A DNA stretch of 64,000 nucleotides, taken from contig NC_058373.1 in NCBI RefSeq assembly GCF_018350175.1, positions 99,760,001 through 99,824,000 on the forward strand. Direction: 5' to 3'. Made by a program: the position numbers and the translations under genes. A model generated the notes under the pieces. It ran no database searches, was not told the DNA's origin, and saw only the letters and a list, made by a program, of their open reading frames with translations. Positions within the stretch are counted from its first letter, which is position 1. Each line of letters begins with the position of its first letter. Source of the stretch: Felis catus (lineage: Eukaryota). Positions 34,133-47,460 of this stretch are shown here, one piece after another.

Positions 34133-34924
34133 ATTACACCAACACAAGAATTGAAAGCACAAAGTGAGCAGCCCCTCTTCCTGCTCTTCTACTCCAAGTA
34201 TCCTCTCGCAAGCTTGGGGAATAGGAATCAGCCCTGTCTGTATGAAAGGGGGAAATAGATCCCTTCAACAAAGTATTGGTCCCAAGCCCTGCTCTCCTGT
34301 GGCTCGGCATCGGCATTTATCTAACTGTGGAGTCATGTGATTTTATATAATTGGAGAAAGAGAGGGGGGATCAGACCAAAGCATGTTTGCACAGCAGTGT
34401 AGCATAATAGCTATGCCTAGGCACAGCAAAGACAGAACCACGTATGCTGGTCGAGAAATGAACTGGAGCCCCATTTTTAAGAAGGACCACTAGAGTGAGA
34501 AAACTCTAGAAAAAGCTTAACTTAAGAGTACAGGGCAGACCATATCCCCAAATTTAAGATAGCAGGGATGAGTCTACACGGCTATGGTAAAGAAAGAGTA
34601 TATGTAGCAATTCAGCAATTCTGCATAGTTTTAAATGCTGGCAAATGTACAAGGAAAAAGCACATTTTAAGAAAATGGAAAAAGATCAAAGTTTGACTCC
34701 CAAGCCATCTGTCAATGCTGCCCTTTCTGCTACCTCGGGACTTGTCTTTACTCACCTCCTTTCATTCCCTTCCAGAGCACCCTTCTAGCACGGACTATCC
34801 CCTCTCTCCCCTCTACCACCAGGTCCCATGCTATCTTTGATGCACACACTCAACCTTTCTTTCGGCAAACTCTGCATTTCCTCAGAGTTATTAAAGATTT
34901 GTCAGACTGCTGAGGCTTTTTCAG

Positions 34925-35085
34925 ACAAGTTATTTAAGCTCTCTGACTCTTAGTTTCCTCATCTATAACACAAGGATAATAAAATTATCCACCTCTTCAA
35001 TTATTTTGAGGCTCCAATGAGTATGTACACGCAGGACATTCAGCACAGTGCCTGGACATGGTCAGTGTGAATAAGGTTAGGGATT
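34925..35085 (+). mobile_element. MIR SINE
   Basis: 'caagttatttaagctctctgactcttagtttcctcatctataaa...cagcacagtgcctggaca'. Confidence 0.75.
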
Positions 35086-35379
35086 AATATGATCTAAGAA
35101 GCCCAGTTCAGTGGGTCACTGAACCTCCGACCTCTTTGCACACAGCTGACTCAGAGTGCTCATTCCTGGTGGCGGTCATGGTGCTAGGGGGTTATGGTGT
35201 CTATTTGTTAACTCTGGGTAACTGTCAAGAATAATGATGATAATAAGCCTGTCGGACAAGTTTGTATTTCAGAGAATGCAGTGAAGATTGGCACACTCAG
35301 GACAGGGTAGAGGAATGCATAAGCATAAAAGAGAGGAGACCAAGAGACACAGAAGGACAATAGGACACCTAACATGGCC

Positions 35380-35730
35380 CCTTTCCCCTCAACAGAGCCA
35401 CGTAGGGGAGCTAGAGGAGACAATATTCCAAATGTTATTTGAACGGCGTATGTTGTGTTGGGAAAGACACTCTGTCGCCAAGCTGAAACTGAGCAGGTTT
35501 CCTTCACACAGCATCTTGTCCAGATCCCCAGAATAAGTCCAACCCGTGTGCCACAGATGACCTTCCGTATTGCTGAACACAGCACCCGAGGCTTCTCCAG
35601 GCAAGTATTTCCGATTATTTAACCGTCCCTTATGTGACACCTCACCATTTTGGTACCTCCTCCAGATCGTATCCAAGTTATCAGTGTCCACCTTAATATG
35701 TTGTGCCACAGCCAAACACAAATATGTAAT
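35380..35730 (-). mobile_element. L3/CR1 LINE fragment
   Basis: Minus-strand translation CLAVAQHIKVDTDNLDTIWRR resembles CR1 ORF2 C-terminal CVQFWAPHFKRDIDKLERVQRR; nucleotide motifs gcctggagaag, ggacttattctg, agctcccc in colinear order. Confidence 0.65.
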
Positions 35731-37059
35731 TCTAAACCAGTCTTATCAGTACTGGGTGCTGGTATGTCACTTGCAGGCTTGGCATGGTCACCTAAATGTT
35801 ACCAGCTTCATTCACAAAAAGGTCATAACCTAGTTAGGAACCTTCAACAAATGAGAGCAGCACAGTCTTCCACTTTACAGAGAGGAAAACTGAGTACAAG
35901 GGTGAAGGGAGTTGCTTCCTAAGGACATCCTCACAAGATCCCCCTTATGATTGTCATGCTGATGGTGCCACTTGAGATCACAGTCTTTCGCCTCTAAATT
36001 CTCAGATGGGTTCTGTAAACTAGCGATAGCGAGCTCTGAACTTATCAGCTGAACCTTGTCTTTTGTGTTAAGAACTCGCCCATGAGATGATGTGGAATTA
36101 GATGCCAGTGCTGGGGCTCAAGAGGATAATTTTTTTCCCTTGAGAATGGAATTCACTACTTTTAGTCATCAAATGATATTTTCACTAGAATCAGCTGGCC
36201 AGTACTCATCTCAGTCCTAAGAGTAGACATGATATATCATAAATTACACCTTTAAAAATTCAACAGCTGCACAATAAAGCCTTTGAAGACACAGTTGAGA
36301 CTATCTTTCAGCTTAACATACCCGCATCACGAAGAGCTGGAGGAACGAGCCAAAAAGCCCTGGGCTTTCGAGAATTCAACATTCACTTTTTATTTTCATG
36401 TTTTAAAAAATACATGACCTCATGTTACTTGTAAAATCAAAGACACAATAACCAAAACACAGTGGGCTGCACCCTGTGGTGTACTACTCTTTGACCTGTA
36501 AAAATAAATCTTTCTGGGGTGAGTCGGCATTCCAATAAAAGAGGAGCAAGCTTAACTCTAAACTAGAGATCTTTATTCTCCGTACTACCTATTACGGTGA
36601 CCGGGGAGTCAGATGCCCACTTCTCAGAGGAGACACTAGTTCAGATGTTCACATCTGTCTGTGAAATGCCAGTTGGGAAGGTGGACAGTCAGGGTCTGTC
36701 CTCCCTCTACACGTTTCCTCTGTGTTCCCAATGAAGCGGTCCCATGAACCACCTGGTGGCCAAGAAATACTAAGTGAGGAAACACAATTATCCTGTATTA
36801 TCAATATTAATAGCTTTTTTAAATGCCTTGCCTTTGTCTGTTTGACCATGTTAGAATGCTACTATTTGGAATCCTTTGTAATAGGAATTTGGGATTGGGA
36901 GACAAATGACATGAAAAAAAATGTCACTTAACTGAAGGGTTAAGTCAGAGTGGTAAAGGTACGAGTGGAATGCAGTGGACATGGCGTGTCCCCATTCCCC
37001 CATGCCCCCTCTCCCACCTCTCTCCCCGTCTCTGGCCATCCGGCCCAGTGTGCTAAGCC

Positions 37060-37810
37060 TGGTGCACTCCAGCAAGCTCCCCTCTCAGGTCACTACCCTG
37101 GGTGCTGTCCCTACTTGGGATAAACGCCCTTCTCCCAGACAGCCATGGCTCACTTCTTCACTTCCTCCTCTTCAAAATTTTACTCTAGTGACAGCTTCTC
37201 GTGAGGCCTTGACTGACTACGCTTCCTAAAATTGCACCCCCACTCTCACTCCTCATTCCCTTTATCCTGTTCTGTCATTTTCTAGCATGAATGACCTTAA
37301 ACATACCTCAAGGTGGACATATTTATAACATTCATGGTCTGTCCCCTTGCACTAGATTGTGAGTTCCAGGAGGGAGAGATTGTTGTGTCTTCTGGTGTCC
37401 AGTGTTACAGTACCTTACAGTGCATTCAGAGGGACAAACTCGTGTGGGTTATCAGATCCCAAGGGGAAAGAGGAGGCTATCCACACAGGAGGTGAACTGG
37501 TGTAGGGACTCAGAACCTGAGCGGGAGGGAAGGGCATCTCTGTAAGGGGACAGCCTAGCAACAGAGTTTAGGAGCCCGAGCAGGATGAGAAGAACACATA
37601 CTTGTGGGGGCCACCTGGCATGTGCTGTCAGAGCTCAAGTAGAATGAGGATGGTGTCCATGTGGGGTGGAGCTCAGACTGGGGAATGTTGAGCAGAAAGA
37701 AGGAGATGTGGGGAAGAGGGTTATGGGGAGGATGGGAGATCGGTCACAAATGGACTTATCAACCAGCAAATATATTGAGGATAATGGAAACCAGGCTTGT
37801 CACTGTTAAA
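37060..37810. mobile_element. L2 fragments
   Basis: 'ttctcgtgaggccttgactgact', 'ctagattgtgagttccaggaggg' (+); purine-rich reverse L2-like segment follows. Confidence 0.55.
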
Positions 37811-37849
37811 AAAAAAAAAACCAAAACATAAAAAGAGAGAAAAGGAGAA

Positions 37850-38740
37850 TGAGTGCTATACTATGGGATTGGAATTGGGGGGTACTGGTATTAATTCATA
37901 TTTTTTCAGTATATACAGATAAATATGGAAATAAATACGTGGGTGTGGGTGGGTGGGTGGGTGGGTGGGTGTGGGTGCGTGTGTTCTAGTGTTGTTCACT
38001 AGTGTTGCCAGGGACAGAGAAAATGTAAGACCAACCAGGAGCATCTTGTGCATGAAAATAAGTTCCTAAGGAAAGAGGGAGCCGTAAACAGGATATTTAT
38101 ATGGTTTCAAAGTACTCCTAACAAGATAAGTATTCATTATACAAGGGAAAGAATTACTTTACAGTAAGAAATCCTGACAGAGTCTAATGTAAGCAGGGCT
38201 CCAAGTAAACATCATCAGTAATGGAACCAATTTACATCGTGAGCCGGAAGATTGGATGGGATAAGAACACGGGGTCACTCCTGTGGTATGGGTCCCTGTC
38301 AGAACTTCATAACCTGAATCTAATCATGAGGAAACCCCAGACTCACCCAAATTGAAGAACATTCCATAAGATGCCTGGCCTGTTAATCTTCAAAACAGTC
38401 AAGGTCATGAAAATCAAGGGGAAGAGTAAGGAACTGGTCCGGCCTGAAGGACGCTAAAGGGACAGGACAAGTCATGGCAGCATGTGACTCTGAACTAGAC
38501 CTCGCTGCTAACAAGGACCTTGGGACAACCAGCACACCTTACATGAGTGTGAGGACTGGATGGTAGTGATGCCATCCACTGGGTTATTACAGCATGTTAC
38601 GTGGCAGAACGCCTTTGGAGACGCTCTGATGCATTCGGGGATGAGGACGAAACCTCTAGGAACTAATCACAAATAATTCAAGGAAAAAAGTTATAATGTT
38701 CCTGTGAGTTTATGATTGTTTCATCATGAAACAATTTTTT
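37850..38740 (+). mobile_element. Old L1 3' UTR (L1MC/L1MD-like)
   Basis: 'cataacctgaatctaatcatgaggaaac...cccaaattgaagaacattc...gtcaaggtcatgaaa' segments. Confidence 0.7.
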
Positions 38741-39203
38741 TTAATGAAATGGCAGGCACAGTCCCTGCAACAGAAAGAAGACAATAAATTTCATACTTTT
38801 TGTACATAGGGAGAAATGAACAATGTATACTAAAATCAGATTCTATTTTCCATCACTCTGATTCCATTTCTCTCACATATTTTTGTTTTTGAGCTGTGAA
38901 TGGCTATCTCTGAAATGAAAACCAAAACCAAATATTAAGGATGGATTTCTTAATGGCAGGGGAAGGGCTGTTATCTTAATCTTTCCAACCTGTTCACCAA
39001 AAAGTCAGGCTAAGCATCAGTATGATGCTAAAGGTTTGGCTTAAAGAATTTATGCAATTGTCATCACATTTCCATTAAGGAAAAGGAGACCAAACACATT
39101 TACAACTATGTGCTGCTATTTGAATTTACATGAGTTTTCTGGGGTGTGTGTGTGTGTGAGGGGGGGGGGGAAATGCAGCTATCTATGCATTAACTTAATT
39201 TTA

Positions 39204-39424
39204 TTTTTTTTAATTTTTTTTAACTTTTATTTATTTTTGAGACAGAGAGAGACAGAGCATGAAGGGGGGAGGGGCAGAGAGAGAGGGAGACACAGAATCG
39301 GAAGCAGGCTCCAGGCTCTGAGCCATCAGTCCAGAGCCCGACTCGGGGCTCGAACTCACGGACCGCGAGATCGTGACCTGAGCTGAAGTCGGCCGCTTAA
39401 CTGAATGAGCCACCCAGGCGCCCC
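39204..39424 (-). mobile_element. Young CAN-SINE (SINEC_Fc)
   Basis: CpG-rich; exact 17-bp TSD gcattaacttaatttta. Confidence 0.96.
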
Positions 39425-39587
39425 GCATTAACTTAATTTTAGATATCACAGGAGAAATGATACTGCCCCCCAAAAAACATGGTTTATCATCCAGAGGTTT
39501 AGCCCTGTGCTATGATTGAATTTGTGGACTTCTACAGCTTCTAAACAATCACAGGTTCATTCTTATCTCTAAAACAGCCCTACCTCA

Positions 39588-39715
39588 GGAGCATCTGGGT
39601 GGCTCCGTCAGTTAAACATCTGACTCTTGATCTCGGCTCAGGTTATGATCTCACAGTTCATGAGTTTGAGCCCCATGTCGGGCTCCTCGCTGACAGCATG
39701 GAGCCTACTTGGGAT

Positions 39716-39756
<41 letters not shown>

Positions 39757-39775
39757 ATAAATAAATAAACTTAAA
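39588..39775 (+). mobile_element. CAN-SINE
   Basis: TSD aaaa(c/t)agccctac(c/t)tca. Confidence 0.9.
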
Positions 39776-40649
39776 AAAATAGCCCTACTTCAACCTTATT
39801 TCTCAGTTCAACCTGCACTATAAGGTTTGAACCTTACAAATGAAGACTATTCTTAAAGATGAATTCCCATAAGACCTTGTCCTCCTAAGAAATCTGTCTG
39901 CTCTATTATAAGTACATGCTTAAAAGCAGAGAAGAATTGCATTTACTCTGGAGTCTAAGTTAACAGAATATCCAGGTGAGGGAGCAGGTTGTCAGGAAAT
40001 TAGTCAGAAGTACTGCCTCATTCTATTTAGCACTCACATCCTCCATACTGCCCTCAGTGACATTGCCATTGGAGACAGTCCAGCACTGTGGTTGGTATAA
40101 AGTTTGGACTCTGAACCTGGACAGACCTCATTTCAAACGTAGCCATCAGCATTGAGTGTATAATCTTGAGCAAGTTAGCTTAGACTTTCTAAACCTCTTT
40201 TCTTACTTCTATCATGAGGGCAGTACTTGCCCACCTCAAGTGCTTTTTAAAAACGCTGGTTGCTTTATCATCATGGATTTTTTTTAATGAAAATGTAATC
40301 ATGTTATTAAGATCCCATGTTTACAGTGTATGGACTTTTAACCCTCTGTTGTTCAAAGCTGTCTTATCATAAAGCCACACACACATAGGCCACCACCACC
40401 ACCAATACAAGCATCATCGTATTGGTATCTATCTAATGACGGACATGTTACCAACAAATCTGAGTTGACTGAAAACTCTGAGAAGTTCAGTGAAGTCAGA
40501 GATGATATAGGTGATCGAATCTCCATCTGTGTTCACAGCAAGGAATCACCAAAGAGGGAGTGACTTGAGCCGCTGTCCCACCTATCTCCATGCCGTCCAG
40601 ACATTTGGAGGCATTCCTACTGGTCTTTTCCCTGGACAGCCTCGTTGCT

Positions 40650-40980
40650 TTCTCTCTCATTTCATTCATGGCTCTGCTCCAATGTCACTTCCACAGAGAA
40701 ATATTCCTTGACTTAAAAAAACTTCCTTGACTCTATAGAAGATTCCCATCACTCTCTCTTCCCTTTTCCCCTCAGTCTGTTCATTTTTCTTTATAACCCT
40801 TATTACCTTTCTCACTACCTGGCATTGTAGTTGGGGAGAGGGGTGGTGTTGTTGTGCGTGTGTGCCTGTGCAGGTGCTTTCTCTCTGAGTGGGAAAAAAA
40901 ACCCTCTGTGATGGCAGAACAATATCTCACATAATAGGTGTTCAATAAATATTTATTAAGTAAATGAATGGATGAATCTA
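40650..40980 (+). mobile_element. L2 3' end
   Basis: Ends 'cacataataggtgttcaataaatatttattaagtaaatgaatggatgaat'. Confidence 0.65.
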
Positions 40981-41343
40981 ATTGTCAGTTAGCAGTTTAG
41001 AGACAAGACACCCCAATTTTTAACTGGGGCCAAAGGTCTTTGGGAAAAAAATCCCCATGTTTGTTACAGGAAGATTTGCAAGGAAAGAAGACAACTTCAG
41101 TACAGTTTATGCAAAAACAAACAAACAAACAAACAAACAAAAAACCCAAAGTAGCCTTCACTGCATAGCTCTTGACACACATTTGTAAAAGCATATGTTT
41201 CTGTATTGTTTCTTTTGTTTGTTTTCATGATTGGGTTTTTTCTTTTTATGAAGTTTCCAGAAATAAAACCTCACTCTATAGCATTTCACCTCTAGGACCT
41301 AGGAGTTTAACCTGTAACTATTGTCCAGAACCAATTCATTTCT

Positions 41344-41573
41344 TTTTTTTTTAAGTTTTTATTTATTTATTTATTTTGAGAGAGAGAAATTGATGTGGGG
41401 GAGAAAGTGGGAGCAGGGCAGAGAGGGTGGGGGGGAGAGAGAGAGAGTCCCACCTAGGCTCCACACTGTCATTGCAGAGCCAACATGGGTCTTGAACTCA
41501 CAAATGGTGGGATCATGACCTGAGCTGAAATCAAGAGTGGGTGGCATAACCAAATGAGCCACCCTGGCGCCCC
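41344..41573 (-). mobile_element. CAN-SINE
   Basis: TSD cagaaccaattcatttct. Confidence 0.93.
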
Positions 41574-41818
41574 CAGAACCAATTCATTTCTAAGTCATCA
41601 CTGGCTCCCTGTCTTCCCCAGGGTAAAAGGCAAGCTCCTTAGCAGGCAAGCAAGGGTGGGCTGGGTCTGCTCACTCCCTGCACTCATCTGAGGTGCCTGT
41701 CGTGTCTGGTCTCAGGGCAGCCATATTTCCAGCTTCATCCCTCCACGCCTGGGCTCATGTTGCCCCTTGGTCTGCAGCACCTCTGCTTCTCTGTCCTGGA
41801 ATATACCCAGCCATTTTT

Positions 41819-41831
41819 TAAATGTTATTTT

Positions 41832-41869
<38 letters not shown>

Positions 41870-42036
41870 ACGAGCAGGGGAGGGGCAGAGAGAGAGGGAA
41901 ACACAGAATCCGTAGAAGGGCTCCAGGCTCTGAGCTGTCAGGACAGAGCCCAATGTGGGGCTCAAACTCGTGAACTGCGATATCATGACCTGAGCTGAAG
42001 TCGGACGCTTAACCAACTGAGCCACCCAGGCGCCTC
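41819..42036 (-). mobile_element. CAN-SINE (SINEC_Fc-like)
   Basis: TSD tataccca(g/c)ccattttt. Confidence 0.93.
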
Positions 42037-43596
42037 TATACCCACCCATTTTTAAGTCTCTGAGGGAGGTACTCCTGACCTTTTATTCCTACCATGACAT
42101 TAACGAAAATCAAACTAATTCAACATTATGGTCAATAGCATGTTTGTAACTCTTTGCTAAAACTTGTTAGAGCAACTAAAATTAATCCAGGCGCTGCTTT
42201 TTCTCTGTGTACTGTCTGTATATATATATACTATATGTACCTCTGAATACATATCTTTAAAATGTTTTCTTTTAATTTACAAAAAAAAAATTCATCTTAT
42301 TCCATATGGACCATAGCTTCTGAGATCCTAATTATGGTAATACAATAAGCATCACAGCAATACCTGTGGAACTGTACCATCATCCAAACTTATAAAAGAA
42401 ACTGAATACAGGTAGAAAAACACACCTGATGCTAGTTGTTTATCCCCTTGCAAATAACCTTACAAATAGTGTTCAACTTTTAAGAAAAATACAAAAAACA
42501 CTTAACGCTGCTTCAGTCAGATATATCTCTGTGAACCTTTTTACCATATTTTAACTCAACAAGAACTTTGAATAAGGGAAATCCAGTTTGTTCAGTCACA
42601 AAATTTCATATCCCAAGAAGACTTCCTATATTGCAGAAATAATGGTGTTATGCTTAGATATATTATTTTACAAGAATTTTTCTCAAGGCAAAACATAAAA
42701 TAAAACTGATAGAATCTTTGTTTCTTCTGCCAAAGAACAATACCCCAGGGGTTAAAATTAAAAGCTGTAGTTTGAGTTTCCTAAGAAATGAAAGATAAGA
42801 TCTCAAAAGTGACGTAAATAATGAAGTAGGCCAGGTACTGTATACCAAAAACTTTTCAATAGGCTTCACTTTAAATCTTTATCTAAAAGCTTTGTTTTGT
42901 ATTCAGACTATTTATTTTGAGTAAAGAATTTTTCCCCAAGAATCAGGGGCAACAAGAGCATATAGCTTTGGCCGAAAAAGGAGCACACACACAAAATTAA
43001 CAAATACACACATAAGAAGAGAACTTGTACTTTCATTGTAAAGGGATCATTATGAGCATATATCTTGTTTCCAAATGTCAGTAAATAAAAAGTGATCACT
43101 GACAGGATTCTTCCTCAGAAATGCAAGTGTTAAGAGGATTCTTGTTTGAACTTTTCTTTGGAAAGTTCTGTGAAAATCAAACATCCTCAGGAAAATATTC
43201 TGTTTTTATTTTTGTATCCCATGTACTTCCAGAAAGGATTCGAGGAAAGTTACAATGGTAAATCACATATGCAACATATAATCATGTATAATTATATATA
43301 TTTATTTTTTAAAAGTTTGGCCTGTCTTTTGCAACAATGATGTGGTAGACATTTATTTTCTAATGCAAATAAATAAAGAGAAAAAGTCAACTGTCAACCA
43401 TGACAGACTCTGGAAAACATAGTAGATAATGTCCAATGTTGGAACATAAGAAATATTTTTCAAGTGAAGCCTTCACAGACTTTTATTAAAAATTTTAAAT
43501 TTTTTGGCCTTTACTTGGCCCAGTAGAGGTACTCTGTATGCGATCAACATGATGTGATATACATAGGATACTTTCTGACGAGCAAGACAACAATTA

Positions 43597-44010
43597 TGGT
43601 GGCTTTTTATTATCAACATGGTTAAGCTAAAAACTACGTTTCCCAGAGTTTCCCTCTCTGCATGGTCCTGGGTTCAGATTGGCCACAAGAGAAATGTTTT
43701 TCAGATTTGAAGACAGAGTGAAACAGCAGCCATGTTTATGCTTGGGACGTTGGTATAAGGTCAGGCACCACTAGAGGTCATACACATTGTTGTGGGTTTG
43801 CCGGCCCACTTGGCTGGCATGCGAAGGCTGGGCCCTCAGTTTCCCACCTCCTCCCAGAGCTCCACAAGACAGCAGCTGAGCCCAGCTGCACCTTCAACAG
43901 GGGCTGGGTTCATCTCCTTCAGTTTGTTTGGATTTGGGATCAGATCCACGTGCTACTCCAAGAATACACCATATCTTCTGCAAGTTGCTCAGTAATGTCA
44001 CTGAGGTGGT
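43597..44010 (+). mobile_element. ERVL-class LTR fragment (LTR40/41-like)
   Basis: 'tcaacatggttaagctaaaaactacgtttcccagag...ttggccacaagagaaat...aaacagcagccat'; paralogous to ~14985-15140. Confidence 0.55.
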
Positions 44011-44439
44011 GGGAGCCTGATAAAAGCTATTCTAGATATCTATCCTGGATATCCTAGACCAATAAAAGAAATCCGAGAAAAAAAAAAGATAATATTGTTA
44101 TTAAGCTTTACTTGGTTGATCGCTCCTTTTGGGGGATATTTTAAACTTCATACCATAAACAAGGTTTGTAAGAGTGACCTACCAACTTTCCCAAGAAGGC
44201 TGTCTTTTGGGCCAAAGGAAACAAATGGTACGAAGTAGAGGTCCATTCTAGAAAGATTTTTGTAGAGCTGACAGTATGAAAAGAGGTAGCTAGTCTCCAT
44301 GATTTGGACAGGCTATCCCCAAACAGTACAAGTTGTTTCATTATTCAAAATAGGGAAAAATACATACATAACCACAAAGCTAGTCAACTACAACAAGAAG
44401 GAAATACTGCCACTATTCTATTCTACTCACCTGGAAGCC

Positions 44440-45637
44440 TAATCAAAATGGATTAAAGACCTAAATATAAAACCATAAAACCATAAAAAAAAAACCCAGG
44501 AAAATCTTAGGAAAACATAGGGGTAAATGTTCATGGCCTTGGATTTAACAATGATTTCTTAGATATGACATCAAAAGCATAAACAACAAAAGAAAAATAG
44601 ATAAATTGGACTTCATCAATATTAAAAACTTTGGCACATCAAAGGACACTACCAAGAAAGTGAGAAGAACCTACCAAATAGGAGAAATATTTGCAAATCA
44701 TATAATCAGTAAGCATCTAGTATCCAGAATATATAAAGAACTATGACAACTCAATAACAAAAAGACCACTCATTTAAAAAATGGGCAAAGGACTTGAATA
44801 GACATTTCTCCAAAGAAGATATAAAAATAACCAACAAGCAAACATGAAGAGATGCTCAACATCATTAGCCATTAGGGAAATGCAAGTCAAAACCACAATG
44901 AGGTAAAGCTCATGCTTTTTAGAATAGCTATAATAATAGTAATTTTTTAATGGAAAATTACAAGTGTTAATAAGGAGGTGGAGAAATTGGAACACTCATA
45001 CATTGCTGGTAGGAATGTAAAACGGTGTAGCTACTGTGGAGTACATTTTTGGGTGTTCCTCAGAAAGCTAAACTTGGAATTTCATTTATGACTCAGCAGT
45101 TCCTATAAATATGCCACGAAAAATTGAAAACACGGTCTCAAACAGATACTTGTATGCCGATGTTCATAGCGGCAGTATTCACAATAGCCAAAAGGATGAA
45201 AACGATTCCGTGTCCATTAACTGATGAGCGGATAAACAAATGTGGATCGTCCACATTATGTGTATGTGGTACATACAAATCAGTATTCAGCTGTAAAAAG
45301 GAATGAAATACTGATACCTTGCTACAACATGAATGAAGCTTGAAAGCATTATGCTAAGTGAAAGAAGCAGTTACAAAAGGCCACATGTTATATAGGTCTA
45401 TTCACATGAAGTATCCAGAGTGGGCAAATTCATAGGGACAGAAAGCAGATTTAGTGGTTGCTGGCCTGGGGCAGGGGCAGAATAGGGAGTGACTGCTTAA
45501 CAGGTATGGGTGCCTTTTGGAGTGATGAAAATGTTCTGAAAGTAGATGGTGATGATGGTTGCATTGCACATCATTGTGAAGGTACTAAACGTCACCAATG
45601 GTCAATCTCCTGCTATGTGTATTTCACAATAGAAAAA
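44440..45637 (+). mobile_element. L1MA/L1MB-type ORF2 3' end and 3' UTR
   Basis: 'aaaatggattaaagacctaaatataa', 'ttggacttcatcaa', 'aatgggcaaaggacttgaatagacatttctccaaagaagatata'; ORF fragment TCMPMFIAAVFTIAKR. Confidence 0.9.
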
Positions 45638-45659
45638 GCACCAATGAGACATTATATAC

Positions 45660-47460
45660 ATTAGAATGCAATACTCCTATCCAGTAAAAGACACCATAAA
45701 TAATGTATAAGGACAATCCACAAACTCTAAAAGACTTTTGTCACTCATGCAGTCAAAAAGCATACTATCAAGATGCTGGAGAGGATGTGGAGAAACGGGA
45801 ACCCTCTTGCACTGTTGGTGGGAATGCAAACTGGTGCAGCTGCTCTAGAAAGCAGTGTGGAGGTTCCTCAAAAGATTAAAAATAGATCTACCCTATGACT
45901 CAGCAATAGCACTGCTAGGAATTTACCCAAGGGATACAGGAGTGCTGATGCATAGGGGCACTTGTATCCCAATGTTTATAGCAGCACTTTCAACAATAGC
46001 CAAACTATGGAAAGAGCCTAAATGTCCATCAACTGATGAATGGATAAAGAAATTGTGGTTTATATATACAATGGAATACTACTTGGCAATGACAAAGAAT
46101 GAAATCTGCCCATTTGTAGCAATGTGGATGGAACTGGAGAGTGTTATGCTAAGTGAAATAAGTCAGGCAGAGAAAGACAGATACCGTATGTTTTCACTCA
46201 TATGTGGATCCTGAGAAACTTAACAGAAGACCAGGGGGGAGGGGGGGAGGAAAGTTACAGAGAGGGAAGGATGCAAACCGTAAGAGACTCTTAAATACTG
46301 GAAACAAACTGAGGGTTGATGGGGGTGAGGGAGAGGGGACAGTGGGTATTGGGGAGGGCAATTGAGGAGGGCACTTGTTGGGGTGAGCACTGGGTGTTAT
46401 ATGGAAACCAGTTTGACAATAAATTATATATATTAAAAACAAGAGAAAAAAAGCATAGTATCAAGAATATAAAAAGGTATTTCCATAAACTTATGAGAAA
46501 ATACAAATAAGACAATGGAAACATGAGCAAAGACGCCATGAAGCAAACTTATACAAGAGAGAAACTAAATGGCAAAAAAAAAAAAAAAAAAAAAAGTACG
46601 ACAAAATGTTCAGCCTCAGCAGTAATTGGGAAAACGCAAATGAAAACATATTTTGCACCTGTCAGACAAGTAATACTTCAAAAGTTTGATAATACCTGGT
46701 ATTAGTGAGGATATAAGGAAATAGAATTATAGAATAACTAGATATAATAGAAATAGAATTCTAATACATAGCCAGTAGTGGTGCACATTGGGACAACTTT
46801 GGAGACCAATTTGGCAATAGCTGATAACACTGAAAAATCCGTATATTGTACTGATCAGGAATTCCACTTTTAGAAACATGCTATAGAGAATATTATTTTC
46901 GTACAAGGAGATGTATGCATATATGCCCAAAATAGCATTGTCTGTTACTGCCAAAAGGGATGGGGAGAGGAAAGAGCCTTAAATAAATAGATAAATTGTA
47001 GAATAGTCCCACATCAGTTAGAATGAATGGATAAACTAGATCTAAATGCTTTCGTGTGGATAGATCTCAAAAACAATATTGTTTTTTAAAAAGACAAGAT
47101 TCAGACTGATTTATAGGATAAACTGATACTTGCCTATGATTTTAAAATATAAACATGAACCAAATGTTTTCGTCAATGCAGACATCTGTAGTAAAAGATA
47201 TAAAATCTTAGAAGGAAAGAACGCCCAGCAACTTCCCGGTGAGGCTGTGTCCCAGGATGGAAGGGGTAAAATGGAATGGCACAAAAAAGACATTGTCTCT
47301 AATTTCTATGTCTTAAAAAGTCTGAAGCAAATAAAACACACTGTTAATATGTGTTAATTCTGAATAGTAAGCACTCACGTTTTTGTTATATTACTTTCCA
47401 GGCTTTCTGTGAGTCTAAAATTTTTCAGAATAAAATAGCCAAAATAGTCTATTAATGTAG
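45660..47460 (+). mobile_element. Old L1ME-like fragment, interrupted by a younger L1
   Basis: Degenerate L1 segments continue across the insertion (aaagacaccataaa ... aaaatgttcagcctcagcagtaattgggaaaacgcaaatgaaaac). Confidence 0.55.
45774..46447 (+). mobile_element. Young 5'-truncated feline-type L1 (ORF2 C-terminus + G-rich 3' UTR)
   Basis: Open ORF2 fragment WRFLKRLKIDLPYDSAIALLGIYP...CIPMFIAALSTIAKLWKEPKCPSTDEWIKKLWFIYTMEYY...SLICGS*; TSD aaaaagcata(c/g)tatcaaga. Confidence 0.96.
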
